Below are positions 23,671-35,096 of a stretch of DNA of 52,814 nucleotides, in pieces. Made by a program: the position numbers and the translations under genes. Source of the stretch: Octopus bimaculoides (taxonomy: Eukaryota). Numbering within the stretch: position 1 is the first letter of the stretch; each line of letters begins with the position of its first letter. Location of the stretch: contig NC_068985.1 in assembly GCF_001194135.2 (NCBI RefSeq), positions 60,733,392-60,786,205 of the forward strand, written 5' to 3'. Below the pieces are notes generated by a model. That model did not search any database. It was not told the origin of the DNA and saw only the letters and a program-made list of their open reading frames with translations.

Positions 23671-23850
23671 ATAATTAAGGGTCCTACAAGTGGCACCAGC
23701 ACACTAAAAATAACAGCCAGAAGATGACTTCAACCATAAATTTTCACTGATCGATTTCAATTAATATATATTAGTGATAATTTGTTGTTGTAGTCATCTT
23801 TTGACTGCTATTTTTAGCATGCTGGTGCCACATGTAGCACCCTTAATTAT
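23671..23850. mobile_element. Fold-back MITE-like element (about 65-80 bp arms, TTAA-GGG...CCC-TTAA)
   Basis: ataattaagggtcctacaagtggcaccagc...gaagatgacttcaac is mirrored by gttgtagtcatctt...gctggtgccacatgtagcacccttaattat. Confidence 0.75.
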
Positions 23851-24096
23851 CAATTAAATCCTTGCAGATATCAATAAAGCACTCAGTATTAAAAGAATTT
23901 CGTTATAAATGTTCAACAATTAGACATCAGTAAATGTAAGTAGAATACATATCCCAGGTAGATCCAAATATCCTTTTGCAGAATTTAGAGAAATTCAGAG
24001 TATTTGACAACAAAAAATACATATAAAGAAAATTATATCTTTATCATGGATCTCACCTTATAAAGCTAACAACTGTTTCTATTGCATTAACATATG

Positions 24097-24128
<32 letters not shown>

Positions 24129-24185
24129 TATNNNNNNNNNNACAAGACGACAACAGGTGTATAAACAACAAACAGGTGTATTAGT

Positions 24186-24223
<38 letters not shown>

Positions 24224-24252
24224 CGTATATATGTATGTATGTATGTATATGT

Positions 24253-24579
24253 GAAGGCACATGGCTCAGTGGTTAGAGCGTCGAGCTTACGATCATGAGG
24301 TTGTGAGTTTGAATCCTGGACCGGGCTGCATGTTGTGTTCTTGAGCAAGACACTTTATTTCACATTGCTCCAGTTCACTAAGCTGTAGAAATGAGTTGCG
24401 ACGTCATAGGTGCCATGCTGTATTGGCCCTTGCCTTTCCCTTGGATAACACTGGTGGCGTGGAGAGGGGAGGCCGTTATGCATAGGTGACTGCTGGTCTT
24501 CTTTAAACAGCCTTGCCTGGATTTGTGCCTGGGAGGGTAACTTTCTAGGTGCAATCCCATGTCCGAAGGGGGTCTCAGC
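24253..24579 (+). mobile_element. Near full-length family C tRNA-derived SINE
   Basis: A box tggctcagtggttagagc, B box gagtttgaatcc, and CORE-like gtgttcttgagcaagacacttt. Confidence 0.85.
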
Positions 24580-25150
24580 ATATATATATATACACACACA
24601 TTACATAGATATATATATTTATATACATACATACTTATTTATATACATACATACTTATGCATATACATACATATATGTGTGTGTGTGTGTGTGTAGAAAA
24701 TATCATTAAAATTAATATTAATGTTTTTGAAAATTGAACATCTGAAATATTACCAGTAGAAAAACGCTAACAAAAAGAATGCTTAAAGTGAATTTAGCCT
24801 AAGACATTGCTTCATTTAACTAATGGTTATCACTGGATAACGAAAATATTTTCTAAAAATAAAAAAAATAAACATATTTCAGAAAGGTCATTTTTGTATT
24901 CAACTATCGGTGATGTCAAACGATAGAGACAGAAAAGGGAATATATTAGAAACTTTATTGCTAACAAAACTCATTTTGACACATCTTGCATCGACCCCTT
25001 GCAGGTGGGATACTGTACAACTAGTTTTATCACATCCCTTGGTGCAGACGCATCTCCTCAGGTGAGGAGATATTTAATAAGATACCCCTTATAATATCAC
25101 CCGAGAGAGCTGACATTAAACAATGATGATGGTAATGATATTTACATATG

Positions 25151-25230
<80 letters not shown>

Positions 25231-25255
25231 GGTTTGGAGGTGATGTACAGGTATT

Positions 25256-25476
25256 ATATATTAGAAAAAATAAGGTACTCAGAGATCTGGATGGTTGTAC
25301 ATTTACAGATTTTTATTAATATGTCACATGTTTTATAAATCATATATTATTGCTTACATCTACTCTAATAGATTCAATCTCTAATATATGATTTATAAAG
25401 ACATGTGACATATTAATAAAAATCTGTAAATGTACAACCATCCAGATTTCTGAGTACCTTATTATTTCTAATATAT
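25256..25476. mobile_element. Fold-back MITE with about 94-bp near-perfect TIRs, in a (TA)n context
   Basis: The arms at 25256-25349 and 25382-25476 are reverse complements, with about 2 mismatches and 1 indel seen by eye, around a 32-bp spacer. Confidence 0.88.
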
Positions 25477-26049
25477 ATATATTATACATATACATCATCA
25501 TCACTTTAATGTCCACTATTTCATGTTCACAGGCTGGACAGAATTTTTTAAGGCAGACTTTCTATGACCAGATGCTCTTCCTGTTGTCATTCCTCACCTG
25601 TTTTCAAATAATGTAAATTTTCCTCATGCCTGGATAGGTTTTCAAGAAAACTTGGAAATAAAGGACACCCTATTATGACACAAAATTCATGTAATGTCAA
25701 AGCAAGAAGAGACTAATTTACACATACATATACAATGAGCTTCTCTCAGTTTCTATCAACTAAATCCACTTACAAGGCTTTCGTCATTTTGGGTGTATAG
25801 TGTGAAACACTTGCCCAATACCTGACAAAGGGCAGTGGAACTCAAATAATAAGTACGTATGTCTATGATAGTGACCTGTGGCATCACTCAAGGGTGGAGA
25901 TAAAAACAAACCTATCTTCTGGCCAGCCCCTGCAGTATGACAATGATGCCAGCATATTTTGGCTTGTCCTTGCTTGCTGGACAACATTAGCATTGCTACT
26001 AACCAAGTGAAAAATCTTGTTTCACTTCATGACTTAGCATGCAGTTCTA

Positions 26050-27960
26050 TGGTAAATGAAATGACAAAAGCAAAAGATTCCCATACTGGCTCAGATGTTG
26101 CCTGAGTAAAGAAGGTCTGCATTAGTTTGTTCCCGCCCTGGCAGCCAGTGCAGTGTAAGACAGGACACATGAAAACAATGAATATTGTCAAATGGATTGT
26201 TGGAACACTGCATGATAAAACAAAATATCAAAGACCTGAGTATCGAACTGCTCTAGTTGCAAAGGAATTAGATTGATACAACATGAACATAGCTGCTTTG
26301 TGTGAAACAGAATTATCTGGATATGACAGCAAGGGAGATCATGGGTACACATACTTCTGGAGTGGGAAAAAGGAAGAGGAAAAGAGGGAAGCTGGTTTTG
26401 GGCTTGCAATGAAGATCTCCATCACTCTGCAACTGGAGAAAGACCCAACATCAGTTAATGACAGGATCATAAACAATGAGATTAACACTCCACAAAAATG
26501 TATATGTCACAATTGTTAGTGTCTACATACCCACAATGAAAAACCATCAGGAAGTGAAAGAAGAATTCCATGCTAAGATGAGAGAGATGCTGTGCAAAGT
26601 TCCCTGCAAAGACAAGTTGATAATTGCAGGAGATCTCAATGCAGGAGTAGAGAGAGAGATGCGGACAGATGACCTAGGCAAACATGGAGTTGGAAAGTGC
26701 AATTTAAATGATGAGCTTTTTCTAGACCTGTGTTCTGAGTTCATCTTAGTAATTACAAAAACTGTCTTCGAGCACAAAGCTCACCAAAAGACCACTTGGA
26801 TGCACCCTTGTTCCAAATATTGGCACTTGTTAGACTACATAATTACCCAAAGAGATCAGAATGATGTCTTGAATACAAGAGCCATGACAGGTGAAGACTA
26901 CTCTACAGAACACTGCATTATCAGATCAAAGGTCACTTTTCCTTCTGGAAGTGAAGCATGAAGACAAAAGGCTGACCTAAAAATAAGCTAAACATCATGA
27001 AACTCAGAGACCTCAAAGTGGAACAGGAATTTCCGTAACAGCTTGATAAGGTGTTGCAAGGATGGAAATATAAAGAACTTGAAGAAAAAGGGAACATCTT
27101 GAAAATAACTTGAAACAGTTCAATAAGTCCTTGGCAAACTGGTGAAAAAATATCAAGATTGGCTCAACATGAATGATATCCAACTAGAGATCTCTGCTAG
27201 AGAAAAAGAACATTACAAAGGCAAAGCAACTAAATTACAATACAAGGTCAAACTGAGGAAAACTAGTGGAAGGAAGAAGGAAGCTGCAACAATGTACTAG
27301 GAAAATGAAATCAGATTCATGTGAGGCCAAAGCTGAAGAACTACAGCATCCTGCTGATAAAAAAAAAGGTTATGAAAGCATTTTACTCAAGACTTTGAGA
27401 GGTATGCAAGCTACAGAAAAGGGAAAAAAAGTACTTCAGGAAAACTCCGAGGTTACTGATAAATTTTCCAATCACTTTGACAGCCTGCTTAATATCCCAG
27501 GCTATGCTGCATTTGAGAAGGACTATGCTGGTAACCATCCGATCCTTAGATGATGAACCCATTTACAAAGAATTCAATGATGTAATTAAACAAATGAAAG
27601 AAGGTAAAGTACCTGGAAGATGTTGCATACCTGCTGAAATCTGGAAGCATGGAAAGATACAGGCATCATTCATATCTTCAAAAATGGTTGTAGAGCAGAC
27701 TGTGGAAACTACTGAGGAATATCTCTTTTACAAAAGCTGGGAAGATCTTGGCTTGTATTCTTTTAAACAGACTAAATGAATACATTTGAGACTCAGTGTG
27801 GCTTCCATTATTGTAAAAGTGCTGTGGACATGATCTTCACCAAATTCAGGAAAAATGGATTGAGCAGAACATGCCTATGTATGCAGTGTTCATAGACTTC
27901 ACAAGCTTCCTCAATGATTCATCAACTTGGTCATGTCTCTGCACAAAGGAATGCAGACAT
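26050..27960 (+). mobile_element. RTE-clade (BovB-like) LINE 5' portion: APE endonuclease and start of RT, decayed
   Basis: From the ATG at 26169: MKTMNIVKWIVGTL...RPEYRTALVAKEL...NIAALCET...GYTYFWSG...AGDLNA...KTTWMHPCSKYWHLLDYIIT...GKVPG..CIPAEIWKHG, with multiple stops and frameshifts. Confidence 0.9.
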
Positions 27961-29351
27961 TTGTAGTGTATGTATACGTGGGTGTATGTATATTTGTTGT
28001 TTCCTTCTCCTAACCAAGTGATAACTGTAACTGAATCTCATTGTTATACAAGTCATGTCATTCATTTCCAATATTCTGCGTAAACATGGGGAAATATATT
28101 ACCTCGTTTTGACAGTTGGTAAAAAGAAAGACATCCAGCTGAATAGTATCTACCTCTATAAACTCTACCTGATCTACACAGGTATGAAAAAATCGATGTT
28201 AAAATGATGATGAATGACAATATATTAAACATGCAGTGTAAACATGATTGCGTTGTAAGAATGCATGTTACTACCATCTCACTTTCATAAAACAAATTTA
28301 CGTAATGACAGAGTTCAACCAGAGGAGGGAGTCCTGAATACAAAGAACAACCATTCCAACTGAAATTAAACACTGGGGATAGGATGTAGAGATCACAGCA
28401 TGGGTTCCATCATAACTTAAAGGTATTTCATTTCAGCGACAACATCAAGACTTCAGGAAATCTATAACTGTATAAATGGAAATCAATTAGTGAACGTTCC
28501 AGCCATGACCATCCTGTTTATAATTGAGACATGGGACCACTATTATCCAGTGTCTCCTTTAAAACAGTCAAATGTGACTTAAGGAAGATTGGGAGACTAC
28601 TTCCATCAGATTAAACAACTTTGTGTTCCATATATAAATGTGAATGCATGTATGTTTAGCCCAGACACCTCAAATAGAGAATTTCTGGTATGATTTACAA
28701 ATCCTCATGATGTCACTAAATGATTGTATTTAAAGAATGTGAATCAGTTGGCTTTGTTCTTTCTTGGAGAATCCAAATTTGACTTGGTTTTTATGAAAAT
28801 CTCTTGTTATATAGCCCAGTGTACCATCGAAAATAGGTATAAATAAAAGTCTTTAACCTATATATTAGAGCTGTAAGTGTATCATTAGTTTTTTAGAGAT
28901 TTAGATTCTCCTTTCCTTCATTTTTTTTGCAAAATATTCACATTTACAACTGCCAAGCAGCTAATCTCTATGAGAAAAAGAAAGTGTGTATGTGAGATAA
29001 AGAGAGAGAGAGAGACAGAGAGAGAGAAAGAGAGAGATATGGATGGATGGATGGGAGGCTAGGTGGATGCATATGTGTGCATGTTATTTGTATTTATTAT
29101 TGTTTGTATGTATGTCTTCTTTTTATTCATTAATCTCCTTTCTAGAAGGAGGGAGCTGGTTTCTAACAAAGAAACAAAAGCTTCAATGCTTTGGATTACA
29201 ACTACTATAATTTTTATGCATACAGCCTTAGAAAAGTCATGCATATTTTTATTGTTCCACTCATGCATTGTAACTGTAAAGTTCATGTTAGCTGATCTCT
29301 TTCTTTAATTGAAAATTCTATCTTCTCCAGATTGAGGCTTAGACATTTACT

Positions 29352-29736
29352 AACACAGGAGTAGCTGTGTGGTAAGTAGCTTGCTTACCAACCACATGGT
29401 TCTGGGTTCAGTTCCACTGCGTGGCACCTTGGGCAAGTGTCTTCTACTATAGCATCGGGCCGACCAAAGCTTTGTGAGTGTATTTGGTAGATGGAAACTG
29501 AAAGAAGCCCGTCATATATATATATCTGTATATGTTTGTGTATCTGTGTTTGTCCCCGCACCATTGCTTGACAACCAATGCTGGTGTGTTTATACCCCCA
29601 TAACTTAGCGGTTCAGCAAAAGGTATTGGTAGAATAAGTACTAGGCTTACAAAGAATATCCTGGGGTTGATTTGTTTAACTAAAGCCGGTGCTCCCGCTT
29701 GGCCACAGTCAATAACTGAAACAAATAAAAGAATAA
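29352..29736 (+). mobile_element. Full-length family B SINE (tRNA head, CORE-like domain, internal TA/TG tract, AAAAGAAT tail)
   Basis: gtagctgtgtggtaag (A box), gggttcagttcc (B box), and gcaccttgggcaagtgtcttc, which resembles the CORE-SINE motif (octopus OR-type SINEs are known CORE-SINEs; assignment unverified). Confidence 0.9.
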
Positions 29737-29964
29737 CTACATGCACCAATGATTATTGGTATAAATGTAAATTTATAATCAGGGTAGAGGAGTTGCTGAT
29801 TACAAAGTAGTTGTCAGCAGATATTCTCATTCTCACTGATTTTTGAAAAGGTTATTCACATCTGCAGGATAATTAACCTCTATGACAGTACAAGATTTTC
29901 TGTTGGGTCACTTACGTTTACACTTGACAGAATTTTTGATGAGAATGTTCCACTAATATTCCTT

Positions 29965-30124
29965 TCTGGGCAAAATGCTTAGCAGCATTTCATTTGTCTT
30001 TATGTTCTGAGTTCAAATTTCACTAAGGTCGACTTTGTCTTTCATGTCTTTCATCCTTTCTGGGGTCAATGTAATTGACTCATCCCACCCCCAAATTGCT
30101 AGCCTTGTACCAAAATTTGAAACC
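29965..30124 (+). mobile_element. 5'-truncated family A SINE with 10-bp TSD
   Basis: aatattcctt at 29955-29964 and 30125-30134 flanks the insertion inside the RLE LINE. Confidence 0.85.
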
Positions 30125-30682
30125 AATATTCCTTGTGCTGATATGTATATGTGTATTCAATAGCAGAGGTGTTGTTTATATCTATTCCAGCGTAGTCTTT
30201 CATGTGGAAGGCATTGTATATTGTTTTAGCAACAACATCATGTCTCATTGGCAAGTAGTTCTTTGATGACAATTTTGGACAACTGCTGATTACATGTGTT
30301 ATGTCCTCATCAGAACAGTGACATAATCAGCATCTGTAGTTGCAGCTTGAAATTTTTAGGACTTTGCTGTTCTGTTTGTCCATGAGATATTTTGTAGCTA
30401 TCTCTTCTCTTGGATTACAAAAGCATAGTCTTCATGATGTGTTATGATGTAGCAGCCACAAGTCTGGGAGATATTACATTTCATGCAATCTTTTCCTATT
30501 TTATGGGAAACAAGCTCAAGCATAACTCTTTTGTAGCAGGTAGAGTATTTTCTTATTAGATCTTTGCTGAAGTGTGCTATTCCTGTATATCTGAGTTTGG
30601 GAGGTCATCAAGAAGTGAATGTTTCTTGAAGAGTTCACTACCAGCCAGCAGGATGCTGTTCACTTCATTTTTGAACACTTGA

Positions 30683-30870
30683 TTAACATTTTAGCATTTA
30701 AACCAGCCATATCTGGCCAAAATATTCTACATTTGTATGCTCAAACCAACCTGATCTGGCTTCTTATACCTTACCCTACAACGTTATTTTAAAATTAAAT
30801 AACCACATCATCAAAATCTCAAAACTAATAATGCATGATAAATTCAAAACAATGGGAATAAATAAGTTTT
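30683..30870. mobile_element. Truncated MITE-like repeat starting TTAA-C
   Basis: ttaacattttagcatttaaaccagccatatctggccaaaatattc... The right end is missing. Confidence 0.4.
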
Positions 30871-30898
30871 GCCTTACATATATATATATATATATATA

Positions 30899-33800
30899 AT
30901 CATCATCATCATTTAACATCTGTTTTCCATGCTGGCATGGGTTGGATGGTTCAACTGGGGTCTGGGAAACCAGGAGGCTGCACCAGGCTCCAATCTGATC
31001 TGGCAGTGTTTCTACAGCTGGATGCCCTTCCTAACGACGACCACTACGATAGTGTAGTGGGTGCTTTTTACGTGCCACCACCACAGGGACAAGAGAAGCT
31101 GGCTTCAACCATGATCAGATGGTGCCTTTTATGTGCCACCAGCATGGAAGCCAGTCAAAGTGGCACTGGCATCGTCCACATTTGGATGGTGATTTTTACG
31201 TGCTACCAGCATGAGGGTCACAACTACAATTTCCATTTGATTTGATTTTGATATTGCTGTTGATGTTGATGTACTTGACTCAATAGGTTTCCTTAAGCAT
31301 GGCATGTCGCACTGCAATCCAAAGTACTTTTGAGTGGGCTGGTTATGCGACACTGGTGTAGGTTACAGCTGTGGACTCACTTTATTTGCCAGGTCTTCTC
31401 AGTGACAGCATATCTCCAGAGGTCGCAGTCTTTTGTCATTGCCTCTGTGAGGCCCAACGTTTGAAGGTCATGCTTCACCACCTCATCCCATGTTTCCTGG
31501 GTCTCCCTCTACTCTGGATTCCTTCAACTGTTTGAGAGTAGCCCTTCTTCACACAGCTCTCCTTGTCCATCCACAGGCAAACGTCTCTCTTGCACTCCAC
31601 ATCCGATGCTTCTTATGTCTAACATTTCTCTCAAGGTGCTTACACTCTGTCGTGTGTGCACACTGACATTACACGTCCAGTGGATCATGCTTGCTTCATT
31701 TCTTTCAAGCCTACACATGTCTTCAGCAGTCACGGTCCATGTTTCACTGCCGTAAAGCATGGCAGTTCACATGCATGCATCATACAATCTACCTTTCACT
31801 CTGAGCGAGAGGCCCTTTGTCACCAGTAGGGGTAGAAGCTTTCTGAACTTTGCTCAGGCTATTCTTATTCTAGTGGTAACACTCTCTGAGCATCCACCCC
31901 CACTACATACTTCTGCTATCAACTACTTCTAGTTTCTCCCCTGACATGTGATGGAATCTGTTTTCTGAGCATCTGTGGTGTTTATTGCCCTTGTGCATCT
32001 GCCACACACAAAAGCTATCTTCCCAGTTAATCTTTGATGTTGCTGCACAAGTTATGTGTCCATAGCTTACACTGGGTACATCTTATGGAGTTTCTACCTA
32101 CACCTTTTCTACAGATTGAGCAGGTCCATCTACCTGATGGGCTGTGTGATGTGTTCGCCGTCCTACTTACTAGAACCTAGGTCTTTGCAACATTGATTCT
32201 AAGGCCCTTTGATTCTAAACCTTGCTTCCACACTTGAAGTTTCTTCTCTAGTTCTGGTAGGAATTCTGCTATGAGGGCATAGAGGAGTAACCTGTCTTGA
32301 ATTCCCTTGTTATTGCTTGGAGGACTATGATGAATAAGAGGGGCTGAGGGCTGATCCTTGGTGGGCCTCTACGTCTACCCAGAATTCTTCACTATACTCA
32401 TTTTCAATCCTAACCCTACTAATGGAATCTCTGTATAGGGCCTGTACAACCCTTATTAACCATTCGTCAGTCCCCAGTTTCTGCATCGCCCACCAGATAA
32501 GAGATCAGGGGACCCTGTCAAAGGCTTTCTCTAAGTCCACAAAAACCAAATATAGGGTTTTATCTTTGACTAGGTATTTCTACTTAGCACAAAACTGAAC
32601 TGCATCTCATCTAAGCAGACTGTCTCCTTAATTAGTTGGGCTATGACCCTCTCTGTGACTTTCATCACTTGATCCAGCAGTTTGATACCCCTGCAATTAT
32701 TTCTGTCTAGAGCATCACCTTTACCCTTGTTGCAGTTGACTAAGGTGCTGCTACACCAGTCATTGGGTATGACTCCATCATTAACTACCTGGTTTACAAT
32801 ATGGGTGACCAGGCCATAGCACACACCACCAGATGTTTTAAGCATCTCAGCAGGGATTCCTGATGGGCCAGGGGGTGGGGATTTTCCTGGCTTCATACCC
32901 TTAATTGCTTTATCTACCAGGGTGCTGTCTATTCAAATAGCTGGCCCCTCTACTAGATCAACATTTGGCAGGCTCTCCTCCTCCCATTCATTCTCCACGT
33001 CCAGCAGTCTTTCATAATGGCTTCTCCAAGCCTTTCTTTTCCAAATCATTAAAAGCAAATGCACCATCATCCATGCGGACACATTTCTCTCCTGTGACAT
33101 CACAATTTTCTCGCACACACTGTCTTGCAATCCGGAATACTTCAGTTCTTTGGTTCTCACATTGCTGGAAAATGGCAAACTTCTTATTTGCTTCGCCCTT
33201 GGCTATGTATACCCATCACCCAGCCTTCCTTTTGGCTATCTGGTGCAATTCCCTGCTACCCCTACCCTTCCAGGCCTGTTTCTTTGCTCTGATGGCTTTG
33301 TCTACTGTATTATTCCACCACCGTGTTACTCTAAGTCTGGAAGGGACTTTGCACCAGCCGCAGACTTAGTCTGTGGCACTCAGTAAGCTGTCCTGTAAGG
33401 ATTTCCAGTTACCTTCTATGTCTGAGGACTGTAACTCCTCTTCCCTCTCATCAAATTTCTTAGTGAGGATGTCCCTAAATGTCTGACCATGTGAAGGGTT
33501 CTTTAGCTTCCAAATCCTTCTCTTCTGGATTGATCTTCTTCTTGGCATCCTTCTGGTCTTGAGTCGAAAGTCACTAATGACTAGTCTATGCTGGTGGGGT
33601 GCATTCCTCACCTGGGAGGGTCTTTGTATTTAAGAGCAACTCTGCATCCTGCTGTCTGGTGAGGATGAAATCAATCTGGTTAGCAGAGTCACCTGATTGA
33701 TAGGTTATCAGGTGGTTGTGTGGCTTCCTGAACTTAGTGTTGCAGATTAAAAGGTTACATACATCACAGAACTCCAGTTGCCTAGTTCCCTCATCATTCT

Positions 33801-34181
33801 GGGAACCAATACCATGGCCCCTGTGTACACTAGTGAAGATACCGGATTTCCAACCAATATGTCCACTAAAATCTCCAGCCACAAAGATGAGGTCATTGCC
33901 ACTCGTCTTTGAGGTAGTCTGTAGAAAGGTATCACAAAAGTGGTCCTTCTGATCATTTGGTAGCCCTGCTTGTGGGGCGTAGGCAGAGATAATTGCAGAT
34001 GTGCTGTTCTGCAGGACTAGCCTGAGCTTAAGCACTCTATTGTATACCCTGACAACATTTATGACCTTATCCACGCATTTCTCCGCAAGGAGTATGCCTA
34101 CACCCCCTACTCCATCTAGGTTACCTTGCCAGAAGACTTTATACCTATGTGCCTTGCCTGTGAGGACCCTAGATGAAGCTG
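30899..34181 (-). mobile_element. RTE-X LINE, about 3.3 kb, 5'-truncated ORF2 pseudogene (APE - RT - PHD-like finger - thumb - 3' UTR - (GAT)n)
   Basis: APE: GVGGVGILL..IISAYAPQ..AGDF..NQIDFILTR. RT: GPSGIPAEMLK..IPNDW..RGIKLL..FVDLEKAFDRVP..HQGSALSPLLF. C-terminus: LYGSETW..RGRPRK.WDEVVKHDL. Many frameshifts. Confidence 0.93.
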
Positions 34182-34224
34182 AAGCACAGGGCATATGCTG
34201 GATTGCTTTGTGCTTATATGTTTA

Positions 34225-34312
34225 ATGTGGGTGTACCTGCTGATGAAGATTTTGCCTAGCAAATTATTTTATTTGCTAAGAAAAGTTTGAAACCATGGTC
34301 CAGGAGATAGAT
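34225..34312 (+). ncRNA. Type I hammerhead ribozyme, copy 1
   Basis: cctg(34236)-CTGATGA(34240-46)-agatt..tagcaaat/atttgcta..agttt-GAAA(34289-92)-ccatg-GTC(34298-300)-cagg. Confidence 0.85.
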
Positions 34313-34695
34313 GGTAAATGTTTTTATTTTTCATTCCCTTCGAAATTTATCCCTAATAGTGGTTTGGATTTTAGTTGTTCCTTCTAGCATGCAAGGATTC
34401 TTATGATGGACATCTCTTATGTGTTTAAATGTACACTGTATTTATATGAATAATATATAGTCTATTGACTAAATTTCTTTTACACGCTAGGCCACTGGTA
34501 GTAGAAAATTCTAATATTTCTTATTACCCTGATATTATTAATTATTGAGAATTTTTTTCTGGAAAATTTTCGAATGAAGAGCCGGCATTATCTTTGTTTA
34601 CTGCTGACAATGAGCTGTGCTTGCATGGTAGTTTTGAAAAATTAGAATGTATAAGCTCAGGGCATATGCTGGATTGCCTTGTGCTTATATGTTTA

Positions 34696-34783
34696 ATCTA
34701 GGTGTACCTGCTGATGAAGACTTCGCCTAGCAAATTATTTTATTTGCTAAAAAAAGTCTGAAACCATGGTCCAGGAGATAGAT
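34696..34783 (+). ncRNA. Type I hammerhead ribozyme, copy 2 (best preserved)
   Basis: atcta-ggtgta-cctg-CTGATGA(34711-17)-agact..tagcaaat/atttgcta..agtct-GAAA(34760-63)-ccatg-GTC(34769-71)-cagg-aga-tagat. All core nucleotides and all three stems are present. Confidence 0.9.
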
Positions 34784-35096
34784 GGTAAATGTTTTTATTT
34801 TTCATTCCCTTCGAAATTTATCCCTAATAGTGGTTTGGATTTTAGCTGTTCCTTCTAGCATGCAAGGAATCCGGTGATGCATACCTCTTATGTGTTTAAA
34901 TGTACACTGTATGAATAATATATAATATATATTCACTGTATGAATAATATATAGTCTATTGAATAAATTTTTTTTCACGCTAGGCCACTGGTGGTAGAAA
35001 TTTCTAATATTATTAATATATATGTATGTATATATATATACACATGTATATGTATGTATATATACATATATATATGTATGTATATATACATATATA

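Larger units (their letters stand above)
29110..30680 (-). mobile_element. RLE-type LINE 3' fragment (CCHC knuckle plus endonuclease), interrupted by two SINEs
   Basis: YRC*LCHCSDEDITHVISSCPKLSSKNYLPMRHDVVAKTIYNA...EY*WNI...KSCTVIEVNYPADVN...LYPDYKFTFIPIIIGA...CMSGTIKICMTFLR. It was not captured by the ORF track. Confidence 0.8.
34182..35011 (+). mobile_element. Retrozyme-like tandem repeat (about 1.76 units, period 471 bp) with one hammerhead per unit
   Basis: 34182-34518 is repeated at 34653-35011, and the predicted cleavage sites after 34300 and 34771 are 471 nt apart. Confidence 0.75.

Noticed and set aside
30262-30316. Minus-strand CTGATGA-ggaca...tgtcc-AAAA, resembling a hammerhead
   Set aside because: G12 is missing, there is no stem I, and the sequence is fully explained as the LINE CCHC coding region (SDEDITHVISSCPK).
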